From assembly GCA_964592965.1 (NCBI GenBank), contig CAZQJX010000003.1, positions 1-42,904 on the forward strand: 42,904 bases of DNA, in the 5' to 3' direction. Both the position numbers and the translations under genes were made by a program. The first letter of the stretch is position 1; every line of letters begins with the position of its first letter. Below, piece after piece: positions 42,454-42,904 of the stretch. A model generated the notes under the pieces. The model saw only the letters and a list, made by a program, of their open reading frames with translations. It searched no databases and was not told where the DNA came from. This stretch comes from an uncultured bacterium. GTDB lineage: Bacteria > RBG-13-61-14 > DRUE01.

Positions 42454-42904
42454 ATGAAAAAAGTATTAAGTTTGATTTTAGTAGTTTTGGTTGCATTCGC
42501 TATTTCTGCCACCAAGAAAACAGCCAAAAATGCCGCCTCAAAAGGCAATTTATGGATAACTGGCACTGCCTCGGTGCAGTCTTTTTCAGGAGATCTTGAT
42601 TATACTTCTCTCAGCCTTGCTGGCAGTGGAGTTTATTTTGTGATTAATCATCTTGGTGTAGGTGGAGTACTTTATTACAACAGCATCAGCGATGGAGTTG
42701 ATTCAACTGATTTAGGACTATCTGGAAAAGTTATCTGGGCATTTGATAATTTTGCTGACAAAAATTTCTACCCATATGCCGGTGCCTGCCTCGGGCTCGG
42801 TTCAACTAGCAATGGTGAATCCGAGTCTGGTCTGGTCCTGTGGATTGGCGGTGGAATGAACTATCTTTTAGGCAAACACATCGGCATTCTCGCAGAGCTT
42901 GGTT
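42454..42904 (+). CDS. Partial (3-prime truncated by the window end) secreted protein, probably a small outer-membrane beta-barrel
   Basis: This ORF is not in the supplied ORF track because it has no stop. I translated it by hand as MKKVLSLILVVLVAFAISA TKKTAKNAASKGNLWITGTASVQSF ... GLVLWIGGGMNYLLGKHIGILAELG. It is an open frame of 150 codons with a strong RBS (aaggagg) and a signal peptide. Alternating hydrophobic and Gly/aromatic-rich strands are present. The overlapping 42357-42599 track ORF is in another frame and looks spurious. Confidence 0.7.
   Translation, partial: MKKVLSLILVVLVAFAISATKKTAKNAASKGNLWITGTASVQSFSGDLDYTSLSLAGSGVYFVINHLGVGGVLYYNSISDGVDSTDLGLSGKVIWAFDNFADKNFYPYAGACLGLGSTSNGESESGLVLWIGGGMNYLLGKHIGILAELG

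Noticed and set aside
1-42904. CRISPR arrays, tRNA/rRNA genes, transposases, integrases and prophage or plasmid hallmarks.
   Set aside because: No spacer-interrupted direct-repeat series, no GC-rich cloverleaf-sized intergenic segment and no recombinase-like ORF was found. All intergenic gaps are 211 nt or shorter and AT-rich.

Overview
This is a compact, gene-dense chromosomal window of roughly 40% GC by eye, probably from a diderm bacterium. The diderm call rests on an LPS-core-type GT9/GT4 operon, a type IV pilin and an outer-membrane beta-barrel-like ORF. I found no rRNA, tRNA, CRISPR array, transposase or integrase. About 37 protein genes are supported.

Genes on the minus strand at the left end: penicillin-acylase-family protein, an unknown secreted protein and a GH57 glycosidase.

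Genes from 5.9 to 15.2 kb: a metY-like gene, an SRPBCC protein, a cyclase/formamidase-like protein and an amidohydrolase (plus strand), then a PAS histidine kinase with two CheY-like receivers and ComEC (minus strand).

Genes from 15.4 to 26.6 kb: a translationally coupled LPS-like operon (YcaR/Trm112-like, GT9, unknown kinase-like protein, GT4), a Sir2 gene, then cNMP-binding protein, ChlI-like AAA+, ChlD-like AAA+/vWA and macro-domain protein, followed by Trk/Ktr potassium uptake genes.

Genes from 26.8 to 42.9 kb: a lone pilin with a sigma-54-type promoter, a PilZ > REC-GGDEF > dapA > dapB > secreted-protein run, DUF362, metX, a PilZ-like/cNMP fusion, AddB/AddA, SCP2, and a partial beta-barrel ORF that the supplied ORF track misses.

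The most unusual locus is the ChlI/ChlD-type motor. No large chelatase subunit is present, both AAA+ modules carry matching Cys4 insertions, and the pair is bracketed by a cNMP sensor, a macro domain and a divergent sirtuin.

Other points worth follow-up:
- an apparently catalytically degenerate tandem kinase-like protein inside the LPS operon
- an orphan promoter plus terminator (candidate small RNA or leader) at 15.24-15.34 kb
- twin inverted repeats upstream of the pilin sigma-54 promoter
- a 10-bp-phased TTAA repeat array at 32.7 kb
- several promoters positioned for leaderless mRNAs

All functional calls come from motif recognition by eye. No database search was run.
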